A DNA stretch of 64,000 nt from Macrostomum lignano (lineage: Eukaryota). Of the stretch, positions 26,201 to 59,347 are shown piece by piece. Location: contig NIVC01001581.1 in the NCBI GenBank assembly GCA_002269645.1, forward strand, positions 201,533 through 265,532. Direction: 5' to 3'. The number at the start of each line of letters is the position of its first letter. Position 1 is the first letter of the stretch. The position numbers were made by a program, and so were the translations under genes. Under the pieces are notes generated by a model. That model had not been told where the DNA came from and did no database searches. It saw only the letters and a list, made by a program, of their open reading frames with translations.

Positions 26201-27988
26201 TGCTAATCTATAGCCATATCTGATGGGTGAAGGAACAGAATGGATTGCTAATCTATAGCCATATCTGCTGGGTGAAGGAACAGAATGGATTGCTAATCTA
26301 TAGCCATATCTGCTGGATGAAGGAACAGAATGGATTGCTAATCTATACTCCGGACTCTGGCAGCTCACATCATATTTGTCTCGTTGGATCTCAAGCGGGT
26401 TGGCAACATCGACCACTTTGTTGCCGAAGTATACGTCATTTTGATCCGAGGCGCGGTCAGTCGTCCAGGAGTTCGAACGGCTGCAGGTGTTTGGATCAAT
26501 TTAGACAGCTGCCTTCTGCATCTACTCAAGCAGGCATGAGTTGCTACTCAACTTTGTGCAGCTCTTCTAGTGTTTCCTCTGAGCTACTCTTTTGCACTCT
26601 GGAGAGTACTCTACTCTACTCTACTCTACTCTACTCTACTCTACTCTACTCTACTCTACTCTACTCTACTCTACTCTACTCTACTCTACTCTACTCTACT
26701 CTACTCTACTCTACTCTACTCTACTCTACGCTACTCTACTCTACTCTACTCTACTCTACGCTACTCTACTCTACTCTACTTTACGCTACTCTACTCTACT
26801 CTACTCTAATATACTCTACTCTACTCTACTCTATTCAACTCTCTATCCCTCATCCAGTTTCACCCACCGATCGGGAGATGAGATAGTGATGGAGAACTTA
26901 GGATCGCAGGCGTTATTCCAGGGATCGCAGTCAGCTCCAGCTGCATCCCTGCCATTGGGATTCGAATAGCTGATGAAGAGGACTCGGATTTTGACGCCAG
27001 CTGAGACGCCTGAAAAAAAAGACTGGGGGAGCGAAAGAGGTCTTTTATAGTTTCAATAAAACTGCTTTTGAAAGACTTAGGCTACGAGCGTACTTGTTTT
27101 ATTAATTTTTTAGTTATTTAGGAGTCACTCTGAGAATCACTCTAGGATTCACTCTGGGATTCACTCTGGAATTCACTCTGGGATTCACTCTGGGATTCAC
27201 TCTGGGATTCACTCTGGGATTCACTCTGGGATTCACTCTGGGATTCAGTCTGGGATTCACTCTGGGATTCACTCTGGGATTCACTCTGGGATTCACTCTG
27301 GGATTCACTCTGGGATTCACTCTGGGATTCACTCTGGGATTCACTCTGGGATTCACTATGGGATTCACTCTGGGATTCACTCTGGGATTCACTCTGGGAT
27401 TCACTCTGGGATTCACTCTGGGATTCACTCTGGGATTCACTCTGGGATTCACTCTGGGATTCACTCTGGGATTCACTCTGGGATTCACTCTGGGATTCAC
27501 TCTGGGATTCACTATGGGATTCACTCTGGGATTCACTCTGGGATTCACTCTGGGATTCACTCTGGGATTCACTCTGGGATTCACTCTGGGATTCACTCTG
27601 GGATTCACTCTAATAAGATTCACTCTGGACTTTTGTACTGAAAGCACTTTACCCAAGAAAGTTAAATCTAAATTTATGATTCAAATCAAAGTAGCATTTA
27701 CAACACTTACAAAAACTGTAACTATGATGAAGACGAAGACTATAGATTTCGCTGTCCATGCAGTAATGAGAAATCTGCTAGACATGCTCACTAAGTATCA
27801 CAGGTGTTGATACTTCAGTCTTTTATAAAGCAACAACTTAGCAAGCCAAAGTAAATAGAGATGGCTTGTGGGACTCATGCCAAGTGAGTTTCTTTACACA
27901 CACAACCAAGCAGAGACACTATTAATAATGCTTTGCTGAGGAGCGCGTGTTTCAGTTGAGGCTGCAATGTACATCCAGCAATGAACAT
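20223..27988 (-). CDS. Delta-like Notch-ligand-family type I membrane protein (SP-C2/MNNL-DSL-5xEGF-TM-long tail), ~694 aa
   Basis: Nine phase-consistent GT-AG exons: 27988-27898, 27009-26868, 26480-26369, 25884-25721, 24386-24250, 23029-22907, 22827-22504, 22007-21520 and 20726-20223 (2085 nt in total). C2-like N-terminus (IRVLFISYSNPNG...CDPWNNACDPKF; FTIHVKVDDFD); DSL (CLENFYSTDCTKYC...GHYTCSPAGGKLCLP); five EGFs, three with D(I/V)DEC; TM LLVGLLVPALLLAIAAVVVFFAY. Exon 1 is the least certain. Confidence 0.88.
20298..20608 (-). repeat. Coding 42-bp tandem repeat x7 (AAATSNDQELAAAS) in the Delta-like cytoplasmic tail
   Basis: Seven identical in-frame units inside the terminal exon. Confidence 0.95.
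20900..21422 (+). repeat. 31-bp minisatellite (intronic)
   Basis: ctccccattgagccaattggcatctcagcaa units. Confidence 0.95.
22100..22400 (+). repeat. 38-bp minisatellite (intronic)
   Basis: ctgaggctacatgttgttcattgacttgctggagtttt units. Confidence 0.85.
23103..23506 (+). repeat. ~400-bp local duplication of 25209-25630
   Basis: Near-identical sequence: a 15-bp array fragment plus a unique block from ggcctttacccaagcgg to gaggaatatattataatgttat. Confidence 0.9.
23512..23952 (+). repeat. 20-bp minisatellite (gtgtgctcacagattctgat)
   Basis: Visible tandem units. Confidence 0.95.
24609..24680. mobile_element. 72-bp micro-MITE: 23-bp TIRs and 8-bp TSD (GGTACAGC)
   Basis: ggtacagc|caaggagtattgaggtcgcctag-26 nt-ctaggcgacctcaatactctttg|ggtacagc; the TIRs have 1 mismatch. 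Confidence 0.75.
24720..25365 (+). repeat. 15-bp minisatellite (ggtgctaaagcccct)
   Basis: Visible tandem units. Confidence 0.95.
25925..26347 (+). repeat. 45-bp minisatellite (intronic)
   Basis: About 9 units of ggattgctaatctatagccatatctgctgggtgaaggaacagaat. Confidence 0.95.
26606..26832 (+). repeat. (CTACT)n pentanucleotide microsatellite
   Basis: Visible. Confidence 0.95.
27140..27612 (+). repeat. 12-bp minisatellite (gggattcactct)
   Basis: Visible. Confidence 0.95.
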
Positions 27989-28204
27989 TGATGAGGCGAA
28001 CGCGTGCCGACTCTGTTTACCGCTGCGGAAAATACGAGCGCACTTGTGTGCTTTTTATTAGCATTTGATGACCGCGTGTGCGAGGGGCAACGCGCTGCGT
28101 TTGTTCTTGTCTTTGCGTTGCCTGTCTGTTCCTGTTTGACCACCCCACTGCCCTGCCTGCTCGTTTCAGATGCGCCCTCTGATCTTGCTTTTCAGCTGTG
28201 CTCA

Positions 28205-28642
<438 letters not shown>

Positions 28643-29351
28643 TTTTAATAAATATAATGCGCATTAAAAGGCTATGAATCCTACTAAGTGTAAGTAATAC
28701 ATCTTGTATCCGACGCTATTATATTTTAATGCAGAAAGAAATATTAAAGTATAAACTAAGCGCATTCAACGAAAATTTCTGACTTTTTTGTTGAGTCTTA
28801 TTGAAATACTCTAAAGAAAATTGAATATCATAATGCTGGTACTGATTAGCAAGAACGCATCCCGATCGCCACGAGGAAAAAATTCACAACTCCGCTACAA
28901 GGCATTAAGACCAGAATCTTTATCTTAAAAAAACACAGAGTGAAAAACTGACCTAAACTCAGTGAGCAGCGAGAGGGTTAGACCGTGCCAAGCGAGTGAG
29001 CACTTGCTAGATTCTGATGAATAGCGAGCAAGGTTGAGAAATTGAAAACGGACTGACAGAGAGAGGCTCAGGTCGGGCAGAGAGGAGAGAACAGAGGCGA
29101 GAAGGCGAAGGTGCGTCAGGTGGCCGAGCGCACAGAAAATACCAGGGCAAGTACGCATACTGGCTGGCAGCAAAAAACGCACGGACTGGTCTAATTGATG
29201 ATAGAAAAATGAAGTGTAAAGCGCTGCAAAGCGAGGTGCCAACCTTGATAAGTTGAGCTTCAGGTATAGTGTGCCAATGCAGTCCGGGGGCATTGAGCCA
29301 TAGGAATTATGATTTTCTAGCTAATCAAAATAGCATCATCAAATCTTTGTC

Positions 29352-50458
<21,107 letters not shown>

Positions 50459-51654
50459 ATCAGTAGGCCAGCTTTTTACCCTCAATTGTTAAACTTGCAT
50501 GCCAAATTAAAGTCAATCCGACCCAATCAAGCTGATAAAGTTCGCAGTGATTAAAAAACTCATATTAGTAACTTAAAATCATACAGAGCTTCTATAACTT
50601 ATGAAACATTTCATGCATCCTCGCTACTACTATGACCAGTAGTTTATCTAACTCCCTGACAGTTTTTATTATACATTTACAGTAGAAGTCGAGGGTAAAC
50701 AATGTTTTTAAAACCAGGCGTCTTCCTTTACTATTATTTAACCATATCTGTGTACTGTTTCAAATTTGGTTTTGTAAATGTTTTCTACTTGCTGAATCGT
50801 ACTTCCACGATTGATTTCGAATTCTTATCGATTATGAGTTTGTTTTAACCAATCGAATTGTAGCTTAAGTATATTAGAAACAAAAGTTTTAACAAAAAAA
50901 TTGACAGTAGAAAATTGTCTGATAAATAAAAAATTATCTCGACCTGGCCTCCTTTCTGCGCTGCTAGAGATTCGTACATCTTGAATTTTGATACTGGCTT
51001 AATTTTAGTCATTAATACTCCTAATTTTACTGCATGCACTAGTTTTCTCTTGCTGGGTCAACGATTTAACCATTTTCTACCCCCAACTGCTCCTTATTGG
51101 CTGGCTCGACTTTCCTATCTTTCCTATTCCCAACTGTTCCCTAATTGGCTGGCTCAACTTTCCAATATTTTCCTACCCCTAACTGATCCCTAATTGGCTG
51201 GCTCAACTTTCCAATATTTTCCTACCCCTAACTGATTGGCTGGCGCTCGTACTTCCTCTGAATCTTGACTCTTGCATCTCTAATAGATTTATTAGTTGCT
51301 TTATTTTAGTACATAAATTGACAATTTCTGTGTAATCTTATCGCCTTTGAAAATATTATTACAACATTTCTGAAGCAGTTGACTATATAAGTTAGTTCAA
51401 AATACAAAAAAACACGCAATTGATACAAATTTCGCTGGAGACAGGATTTTTATTGCAAAGCAATCATCCAAACGTATTAGCGAGAAAAAACTTTTCCGTT
51501 TTATAGGAATCTCAAGGTGATCGGTGTGTTTAGCTGAAATTTTATGAACAGGCTGAAATGATATGTAATCATGCTTAAGTGAGGTTTCAGTGCAATGCAT
51601 TTTACCTGGTATTGTAAAAGTCTTTCATATTTTTTTGAAAAAAAAACGGTTTCC

Positions 51655-51990
51655 CTTTCAGTTCAGTAGCTAAAAATAATGTGACTCACGACTGAAATGT
51701 CGGGAGTTCGATTCTCAACCCGGTCGGAATAATTTGTGTCCTTGAGCAAGACACTTAACTCTGCATTACTTCAGTTCACCCAGCTGTAAAATGGGTGCCA
51801 GCATTGGCTGGGGGCAATTAAGGCTGTGTGCAACCCCCCAGTCCTTGGACTGAGCAGCAGCCGTACGCAGCCTTCAGCGTACGCAGCTGGGAGTGACTTG
51901 GTAGAGGCGTAAACAACGGGCTATTAGTGCAAACCGTAATGTACGAGTATATTAACCAGGGCCATAGAGAATGTACATTTCAGGCTTAGG
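51655..51990 (+). mobile_element. tRNA-derived SINE with a CORE-like central domain
   Basis: B-box-like agttcgattct (51705-51715) is followed by tgtgtccttgagcaagacacttaactctg...tcagttcacccagctgtaaaatggg, which resembles the MIR/CORE consensus as recalled (tgtgaccttgggcaagtyacttaacctctctg...ctcagtttcctcatctgtaaaatggg). Boundaries are approximate. Confidence 0.7.
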
Positions 51991-52160
51991 CTGGAACACC
52001 GGGGAAGGCAATAAAATTGGGCTGCGTGTCTGGGGTAAGAGATTTTGTGTGGAACGACGCGCCAGGAGGGGTCCAGCTCGGGTTAAAAGAGCAATAAACA
52101 AGTCCTTGTCCTGTCTTGTCTTCTTGGGTGACCTGTCTAGTTTTTACAGGTTCTCATGTC

Positions 52161-53775
52161 TCAACAATCGTTAGTTGGCTGAAAGTTGGCTACCTTCCAG
52201 TACATGACGCCGAAACACAGGGCGGTCATGACGCAGGATGCCGTGCCGACGACTCGTTCAACAACGCTAGCGGCCACGTGCCACTGGACTGCGCGCAGCT
52301 GGTTCAGCCAGTCGATCCGTCCAGAGTCTCGCAGAAACTGACGCGACGCTTGCAAAATCTGGCGCTCTTTAGCTTCGAGCAGATCACGCGGCTGCTCGCT
52401 AGACGAAGCTGCCTGACGCAGAAGTTCGACTTCATCCTCGGAGTCTAACTCGTTGATTTTGGAGCGCTCTACGTAGCGACGGTAATTGGCTAGGCTGGTG
52501 AGTTCTCGCTCTGACAGGACGGGGGATGAGAGAATCTGTTTGTCCAGCCAATCAGCAAACAGCTGGGGTAGAGAAAGTGGCTGTTGGTTCAGCCAGCCAA
52601 GATAATCAGCAATTCAGCATGGGTTAGAGATACTCTGTTGAGCCAGCCAATCAGCGAATAGCTGGGGTGAGAGAGAGCCTTTGTTTCGCTAGCCAATCAG
52701 CGTCCAGCTTTAGACAGAAGGAGACTCTGTTGGGCGACAAGCACAAGTATAAATATAATTAAATACTCAAAATAGCGTACCTCCGCACGCAATGATAATG
52801 CGTTTAAGCAGTCCCGACGGCCGATGCCGATAGCTGACCAGTTTCAGCGACATCACCGACGAAGCCGTTGCTACGCTGGCGTTGACCATCCCCATAGCAA
52901 CCAGCGAGCTTAGTATAGCAACAGAATCCGATGTAGTTGGCAACTTGTTAACCAACAGAGTAGAATAGATAGAGAATGTAGTCATCATGCTCATGCAGAA
53001 CGTGACCTTCTCCCCGGAGCTGAACGGCACCCAGTAAGAGAAAAAGGTCACGCAGATGAAGACCAGAGTTGGCAGGGCAACATTTACCAAATAGAAGACA
53101 GAGTGCCTGCGCATGCAGATGTACACGATCACTTCGCTGAACGCGTTCGCTAGCAGAGGGTAGCTGGTGAGGTTTCTGCCCAGCCAGACTCGAGTGACAT
53201 TCCATTCTCCGTGCTGGATGCTGAACTCTTTCAGCACCGGCTTCATGCTGGGATGGACCCGGAGGTCCAGCTGGGACATGTCGTAGGTCCAGCTGGCGAA
53301 TTTCAGGCTGCAGAGCTGCCTGGGATAGAATATAATAGAATAGAACACAATAGAATAGAATAAAATAGAATAGGAAAAACTAAAATAGGAATCTACCTAT
53401 CAAAAGGGAACAGAGTCAGATCCACAGCGCAGTGGCTCTTTGAAGTGACGGCGGGCATCCATTTAATCGTACCGTTGCTGCTGATTGACACCGAAATATC
53501 GGTGGGAAAATACCCCACATAGTCTCCGGCTGTGTTCCGCTCCTGCCAATGGCCAGGTTGAATTGCTGGCTGTTAACTGACTGACTGACTGACTGACTGA
53601 CTGACTGACTGACTGACTGACTGACTGACTGACTGACTGACTGACTGACTGACTGACTGACTGACTGACTGACTGACTGACTGACTGACTGACTGACTGA
53701 CTGACTGACTGACTGACTGACTGACTGACTGACTGACTGACTGACTGACTGACTGACTGACTGACTGACTGACTG

Positions 53776-53818
<43 letters not shown>

Positions 53819-54249
53819 ATCTAACTAACTGACTCACTAACTAACTAACTCACATCAAAGCCAAGAATCTGTGTCAGCGATGCAGCAAAGTACACTATGA
53901 CAGGCACAGACGCATTGTACACGGGCCTCGAGTCCGGGGTGCAGGACTCTCTGATCATGTCGAACACCGTGTGCTCATAGTTCATGTGGCCGCCGCTGCC
54001 GCCTCCGCTAGCCGTGAGGTTCACCTCGTTAGTTGCAGCTTCATCGTCCCAGCATCCGTTGGCTGATGACGAAGCGCCGAAAATTTGGCGTCTCTGCTGT
54101 TCCAGCAGCCGCTGCCTCATTAGCAGTCTCTGCTGCTGCTGTCGCTGCAGCTGCCTGAGTCGATGATGCTGAGGGCTTGCCCAGCCTCCGTGCTGCATCA
54201 ACACGCATGCTATGAGCAGCAGCAGAAGCGGCAACTGTTTTGTTTCCAT
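52161..54249 (-). CDS. Divergent nicotinic-acetylcholine-receptor-like Cys-loop channel subunit (non-alpha), ~476 aa as assembled
   Basis: Exons 54249-53854, 53542-53397, 53319-52781 and 52510-52161 (phases 0, 2, 1). Signal peptide; RPVYNAS; Cys-loop CAVDLTLFPFDRQLC; loop B FASWTYD; EWNV; no vicinal CC in loop C; M1 YLVNVALPT; SGEK M2; M3; M4 QWHVAASVVERVV. Confidence 0.9.
53575..53850 (+). repeat. Compound (CTGA)n/(CTTA)n/(CTAA)n microsatellite filling intron 1 of the channel gene
   Basis: Visible. Confidence 0.95.
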
Positions 54250-55729
54250 GCCTTGAAAAGAAGACGAAGCGAACAAATAAACTGCTCAGGTAGAGGAGAT
54301 ATCTGCTGCGAGATCGGAAATAGAATGGAAATATATGTATGTGAGCTGCAGTCCATGGATTACTATATGGATTGAGAGTCTGGAATGGAAAGCGCGGTGC
54401 TCTTACCATTGAGCCTAGGCTCAATTCCAATTGCAATTGTCACATTAATTTGGGTTTAAATTGGAATCTCGGCTTGGCTCTGCTCGTGCAATTAACGCCC
54501 AGCTTGAGGTCCAACCCCCAAAGCACAGTGAAGTGTACATTGCCTAACGATAAATAAATTTAGGGCGCCGCTGTACGCTTCTGTGTGAGTGTGTGCCTGT
54601 GCGTATGACTGCGTACGTATCCGCGCGCTTGTGTGCCTGCTCAGGGGAGTCGGCGGAATGAGCAGCTTATTCGTAATTAGAGTCAATTCTTTTTCCTATA
54701 ATGTTGAAAGAATCGAAATGCACGTAGCTCGTAACAAAGATTATCTACCTATCGCATCTTTCAATCCAACGCAATATTTTGAAGAGGATGAATCGAAGAG
54801 AAGCAACTCCAGATCCCTTCCTTATAAGGCGTCCTTAGCCCAGCAGGGGTAAGGAATTGGGGATTTTCTCAATCTACTACCGCGCCTCGCTTCCAAGCTC
54901 TTCCTCCCCCTATTGGAACTGGCCAGAAGCCGAAATCAGAATTCCTCACTGATCTCATTACTCTTGCGGCAGCAGCTCAAATCAGTCAGGACGGTCTCTT
55001 GTCGCTGGATTTATCTTATTTTTTCTCCCCTCTCTTCCTAGTGCTCCCCGAAGCATTTCCTCAATCCCTACTAGTCAATCTGCCTGCTCAAAGAACGCTA
55101 AATCTAGGGTAAGCTCACAGCCTTCATAAGTTCCATGCACCTGCCATACATTGCAGCCCTCGTAGAGACAGACAGTTTCTGTCCCTTCCACGGAAGTCGA
55201 TCATTTTTTTGATTAATTACTCTTCTTTTCCGGGAAATAGCGTCTGTCTCGATCGCTCCTTAGGGCCCTTCGTTGCCCAGCTATAAATATTTTTTTATAC
55301 CGAATCAATTTTTGTCCAAGCAATTTGACCTTTAGAATCTAGGACTCGAATATAAGCCTCTGCACGAATACTAGCTAAAAAAGATTAGCAGTTTTACTTG
55401 GCGCGTAAATTTAGCAAAAAAATCTTAATGAGACGCCCAGTACTGAGTAGCTTAGGCATCAGAATTTATTCAGAAAATTCGTTGAAATTTTTGAGTTTGA
55501 AACAGTTTTTTTATTAGAGATGGGCAACGCTCACAACAAGGTTTGTGTTTCTTAACGATTTTGCACTGCGCTTAAAGGGTTTTTGCCATAGACAAGATCG
55601 GTCGAGAATAATACACTACAGAAAGAGGAACAGCTGAAATTCGGCCGGAACCCCATTTTGGGTGAACAAACACTCAGAGTTGCTTCTTAAGTTCTATCAG
55701 TTGCTTCTTCTTTTCTTCCAATCTCACCC

Positions 55730-56170
55730 TGATAATGCTCCAATCTCAACCTGATAGTGCTCCAATCTCACCCTGATAATGCTCCAATCTCATCTGATAA
55801 TGCTCCAATCTCACCCTGATAATGCTCCAATCTCACCCTGATAATGCCTCCAATCTCAACCTGATAATGCTCCAATTCAAACCTGATAATGCTCCAATCT
55901 CAACCTGATAATGCTCTCAATCTCACCCTGATAATGCTCCAATCTCACCCGGATAATGCTTCAATCTCACCTGATAGTGCTCCAATCTCACCCTGATAAT
56001 ACTCCAATATCACCCTGATAATGCTCCAATCTCACCTGATAATGCTCCAATCTCACCCTGATAATGCTCCAATCTCACGCTGATAATGCTCCAATCTCAA
56101 CCTGATAATACTCCAATATCACCCTGATAATGCTCCAATCTCACCCTGATAGTGCTCCCATCTCAACCTA
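55730..56170 (+). repeat. 22-bp minisatellite (ctccaatctcaccctgataatg)
   Basis: Visible. Confidence 0.9.
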
Positions 56171-56187
56171 AGGCTCATATTAAGTGT

Positions 56188-56690
56188 AAACAGAGCTGAC
56201 AGTATAACAAACAGAGCTGACAGTATTACAAACAAAGCTGACAATATTACAAACAGAGCTGACAGTATCACAAACAGAGCTGACAGTGTTACAAACAGAG
56301 CTGACAGTATCACAAACAGAGCTGACAGTGTTACAAACAGAGCTGACAGTATCACAAACAGAGCTGACAGTATCACAAACAGAGCTGACAGTGTTACAAA
56401 CAGAGCGTCGTTATTACAAACAGAGCTGACAGTTTTACAAACAGAGCTGACAGTATTACAAACAGAGCTGACAGTGTTACAAACAGAGCGACAATTACAA
56501 ACAGAGCTGACAGTTTTACAAACAGAGCTGACAGTGTTACAAACAGAGCTGACAGTGTTACAAACAGAGCTGACAGTATTACAAACAGAGCTGACAGTGT
56601 TACAAACAGAGCTGACAGTTTTACAAACAGAGCTGACAGTATTACAAACAGAGCTGACAGTGTTACAAACAGAGCTGACAGTATTACAAA
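56188..56690 (+). repeat. 21-bp minisatellite (acaaacagagctgacagtrtt)
   Basis: Visible. Confidence 0.9.
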
Positions 56691-56751
56691 TGGATCTGAC
56701 AAACTCGAATAGCAAAATCAATGTACGATTACAAAAGTACTCAGATGTCCA

Positions 56752-57615
56752 CTAGCGCGCCAGACCAAAGAAGCTGTTGATGCAGAATGCGTCAGGAATC
56801 GATGGTCGAGTGTAAAATACCCCATTAGACACTTGCTCTGGCGGAACGAACGCCTACTTCGAGAAGAACACTCCGCTGTCGATGGCCGCCGATGTGACAC
56901 CCACTTCAACGAACTCCGTCGAGTTGAACGACACAGTTGTTGGATAAGTGCTGAAATCTGAAAAATTCAAAGCAGCTCCTCCCGCTTGAGCTGACCAGCC
57001 ACGTGAGTCCCTGCTGCAGATTCGTGAACTCCACGTTCTCCAGCCACATCTTGGACGACACACCGTGAGCTTGGCTCCCTCGCTGCTCCACTTCACATTC
57101 TCCGACATCCACTGCTGCATCTGGCCGCACACCAGGTTGCTCCTGCTGGCCTCCGCATCGTCGCTCATCACCCAGACGGCCCTCAGCTTTGAGCCCGCAC
57201 CCAGCATGAGCCTCCTGCTCAAGGTGAGGAACTTGGCGGCTCTGGCATTGGCGAATGCGGCACAGCGGCGGGACTGCGGGCTCTCTGCGGCAGCGAGTCC
57301 ATCGATGAGCTGGCGCACTGCGGTGTGTTGAAAGAGCGAGCACTGGGCGGTGTCCGAGTTGAACTGGGCCACCAGCAGGCCGTTCGAGCCTTCGAGAACG
57401 CAGTCGAGGCCGGAGCCCGAAGGCCTCGCCCACAGCGCCAGCGAGTCGCTCAGGCAGCTCTGCGTCTCCAGACGGCGTCACGAAGGGCGACAGCCGCAAC
57501 CGGCGGGCCGGGCAGTCAGGCAGCCAAGAGGACAGCGAGCAGAGCTCGGGCTGGAAATCGCACTAAAAAAACACTGACACGGCTGCCTACCTGAGAATTG
57601 AATGTTGGTCAGCAT
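56752..57615 (-). pseudogene. Probable pseudogene of a secreted Cys-containing protein (PAN/apple-like and C-type-lectin-like spacing)
   Basis: ATG 57615, a 40-nt phase-1 GT-AG intron (57590-57551), then the signal peptide MLTNIQFSARALLAVLLAA*LPGPPVAAVAL with TGA at 57518-57516. A frameshift near 57470 leads into SCLSDS...LDCVLEGSNGLLVAQFNSDTAQCSLF. An in-frame TAG at 56856-56854 is followed by further protein-like sequence (AFVPP...AFCINSFFGLAR*). The domain call is tentative. Confidence 0.45.
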
Positions 57616-57767
57616 TTCTTTGCTTTATTCTCTGAATCAGGAGCTTTGCGATGTTTGGCTGGACAAAAAATTGAATGTCTCTTTGATTTATGCTGAGCAC
57701 TGAGCACTGCTGCAGCTGTTCTGTGCACCAATCATGTTGTCATCGGGAAATTTAATTGCAGACGGTT

Positions 57768-58310
<543 letters not shown>

Positions 58311-58749
58311 GGGAAACATGTAGACAGTAGTTTTTAGCAAGAAATTCGATAAATTTCAACATGCTTAATTTACTTTTCTTGACTACTTCTGCAAAGCTAC
58401 TATAAGTAGAGTGTTCAGCGCCAGACCGAAGAGAACGTTTATCGAATTTGTTTTTCTGCTTAGCAACTGTGTTTTAATGGGACTCTCGCTCACGCCTGTT
58501 GCGCTTTTACGAGTACTGTGCCATTATTGCAGCTGTTGTGCAGTCCTAATTGCAGAAGTATTTTGGCTTTATAGGATGGAGGATTCAATCAGCGGGGATT
58601 TTAAAAGAGTCGCAGCTGCTAAGCTTGTGCAGCTAATACACGGATTAGATTAGAAAGCCGGAAGCATGCGTTGAATAGTTGCCCGATTTAGTTAGAAACT
58701 GTCTCTTGTTTTTTGTGTAAAAACGGACTTGATGAAAAATTTACAACTA

Positions 58750-59340
58750 TTCTGGGGGCGCCATCTTGGGGGCGCCACCATTGGGGCGCCACCCTGGGTT
58801 GCGCCATCCTGGGGGGGCATCATGGAGGCACCATCTTATAAGGGCGCCATCCTGGGGGGCGCCATCCTGGGGACGCCATCCTGGGGGGTGCCATCCTGGG
58901 GGACGCCATCCTGGGGGCGCCATCCTGGGGGCGCCATCCTGGGGGCGCCATTCTGGGGAGCATCATCTTATAAGGGCGCCATCATGGGGGCGCCATCTTG
59001 GGGGGCGCCATCTTGGGGGGGGCATCATGGAGGCACCATCTTATAAGGGCGCCATCCTGGGGGGCGCCATCCAGGGGGATGCCATCATGGGGGGCACCAT
59101 CATGGGGAGCGCCATTATGGGGGCGCCATCCTGGGGAGCGCCATCCTGAGGGCGCCATCCTGGGGGGCACCATCTTATAAGATCTTATAAGGGCGCCATC
59201 CTGGGGGATGCCATCCTGGGGACGACATCCTGGGGGCGCCATCCTGGGGGACGGCATCCTGGTGGCGCCATTCTGGGGGGCATCATCTTATAAGGGCGCC
59301 ATCATGGGGGCGCATCTTGGGGGGGCGCCATCTTGGGGCG
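58750..59340 (+). repeat. Degenerate ~14-16-bp minisatellite (ggggcgccatcctgg)
   Basis: Visible. Confidence 0.88.
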
Positions 59341-59347
59341 CTATATA

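Noticed and set aside
51655-51730. tRNA gene
   Set aside because: Only a B-box-like motif is present, with no cloverleaf; it is better explained as a SINE head.
54589-55250. ORF 54589-54852 and adjacent sequence as a gene or retroelement remnant
   Set aside because: No recognisable motifs, and multiple stops in neighbouring frames.
56516-57518. In-frame TGA/TAG in the 56.7-57.6 kb gene as selenocysteine, readthrough or a variant genetic code
   Set aside because: A frameshift is also required, the TGA lies in a signal peptide, and other genes here use TGA, TAG and TAA as ordinary stops.
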